64,000 bases of DNA, taken from NCBI GenBank assembly GCA_004022145.1, contig RCNU01000001.1; one strand, given 5' to 3'. Position 1 is the stretch's first letter. Each line of letters starts with the position of its first letter. A program made the translations under genes and the position numbers. Below are positions 62,770-64,000 of this stretch, in pieces. This DNA is from Paecilomyces variotii. Taxonomy: Eukaryota. A model generated the notes under the pieces. The model had not been told where the DNA came from. It saw only the letters and a list, made by a program, of their open reading frames with translations, and searched no databases.

Positions 62770-63860
62770 CCCCACCTATGTAGGATAGGATAGGATAAAA
62801 TAGGGCTTAGCGAGGAAAGAAGTCGATCTGAGACTTTGTCGGATAGGCTTCCATAGGGCCTATCTAGTACGTCTATCCGAAACTTCAAAGGAAGAAAAAA
62901 AGAAACAATGCATTGAAAGTCGGGCTAAATATCGCCCATACATTAGGTAGCCTTTGAACTCCCCTGACAGGGAAAAGAAGAATTGAGGAAAAAGAAAGAT
63001 ATTAGCATCATGCGAGCAAGGAAAAAAAAAAAGAAAAGAAAAGAATAGATATGAAAATATCTCCGTAATTGAGATCAACAGATGGGCTTGCTTGCTATTT
63101 GTCTTGGAGGGAGTCATAGCGAATGGCCATAACCATTATTCCCGAGTCTCGACAAATCATACTGTACTGTAAGTAGTAGCGCAGGATCCTCGAGGCTCGA
63201 GCCCCCGACGGTCGGGATTTTTTTTTTTTCAAATCAGTCTGCAAATAAACTAACTAACTAATAATGGAGGGATTATTAGTCTAACTTATGGTGGGTAGAT
63301 AATTAATGTATTAATGTAGTTAGTTAGTTAAGCCCGGGATTAATTACTTCTTCATAGATAGTTGGCCGGAGAGGATCGGACCCTGGAGGTTGTTAGTCGG
63401 ATCCCGAGGCTGGGGATAATGCGCAGATCGTGTGGATTTGTTCGCTTCACGGCAAAGTCCAGATGATCACTAACTAGGTAGACTAGACTAGACTAGATAC
63501 ATTATGGTATGGTATGGTATGGAATTGGATGAGGGCTGAGAATGACGATATTTCTCAAATGTCCGTCCGGAACGCTGTAGCCGTGACTGACGTACTGTAC
63601 TCCGTACTCCGTACCTATATTACTGTCGCTTCGCTTCGCTAACTAAGTACCTAATGTAAGTAACTAGTGCTTAGCGACTACTTACGGTAGAAACGGGCCT
63701 ATTTAACTATCTGTCATGAATACGGAGTAATAATAATAGTTCGCACCATCGCCATGTGGCATGGATGTACCTGAGAAAAATCCTAGTTTAGGTATGTCTT
63801 GGCGCGAACTCGATTTCAATTTTCATCGCATATCAGGGATAATAATAATATAATAGGTTA
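62770..63860. repeat. Non-coding region rich in short tandem repeats
   Basis: (TAGGA)n ~62781, (GACTA)n ~63481, (ATGGT)n ~63504, GTACTCCGTACTCCGTAC 63597-63614, TACGGAGTA 63721, (TAA)n and poly-A/T tracts. Confidence 0.6.
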
Positions 63861-64000
63861 AGATAAATAAATAATCTCGACAAGACGGATGGGCTGAAAT
63901 GGACGACGGCGTGAGGTTGTGCGCATGCATATGAGGTGTCACAACTTAATCAACCCCCTATGCGGACATAGTAAGCAAGCCGCATGGGTGATCTTTTGAA

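Noticed and set aside
1..64000. tRNA, 5S rRNA, TPP riboswitch, intact transposase or Starship captain
   Set aside because: None recognised by eye; tRNAscan-SE, Infernal and HMM searches are needed to exclude them formally.

Overview
Intron-rich filamentous-ascomycete DNA. Gene content and GT-AG introns with CTRAC branch points suggest Eurotiales; the genus cannot be determined from the sequence. Conserved housekeeping genes are: 3' part of THO2, an AIF/AMID-like oxidoreductase, an S10 serine carboxypeptidase, homoserine O-acetyltransferase (met2), an Acinus-like SAP/RRM protein, an OSTalpha/TMEM184 transporter, COP9 subunit 6, an Hsm3-like protein, RNA Pol III C31, Tah18/NDOR1, an alpha-1,3-glucan synthase and ETF-beta. 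These are interrupted by accessory tracts. The largest (~17.9-35.3 kb) holds two tandem CYP58-clan-like P450s, a truncated Zn2Cys6 regulator, a Clr5-ankyrin protein, an APH-like kinase, a SLOG-like protein, an orphan gene whose first coding exon is only ATG, and decayed genes with two local duplications, one enclosing a captured gene fragment. Manual splicing of THO2 reveals PAM2 and EDGEI motifs that the ORF track misses. I recognised no tRNA, rRNA, CRISPR array or intact transposon. All family calls come from motif recognition by eye, not database searches.
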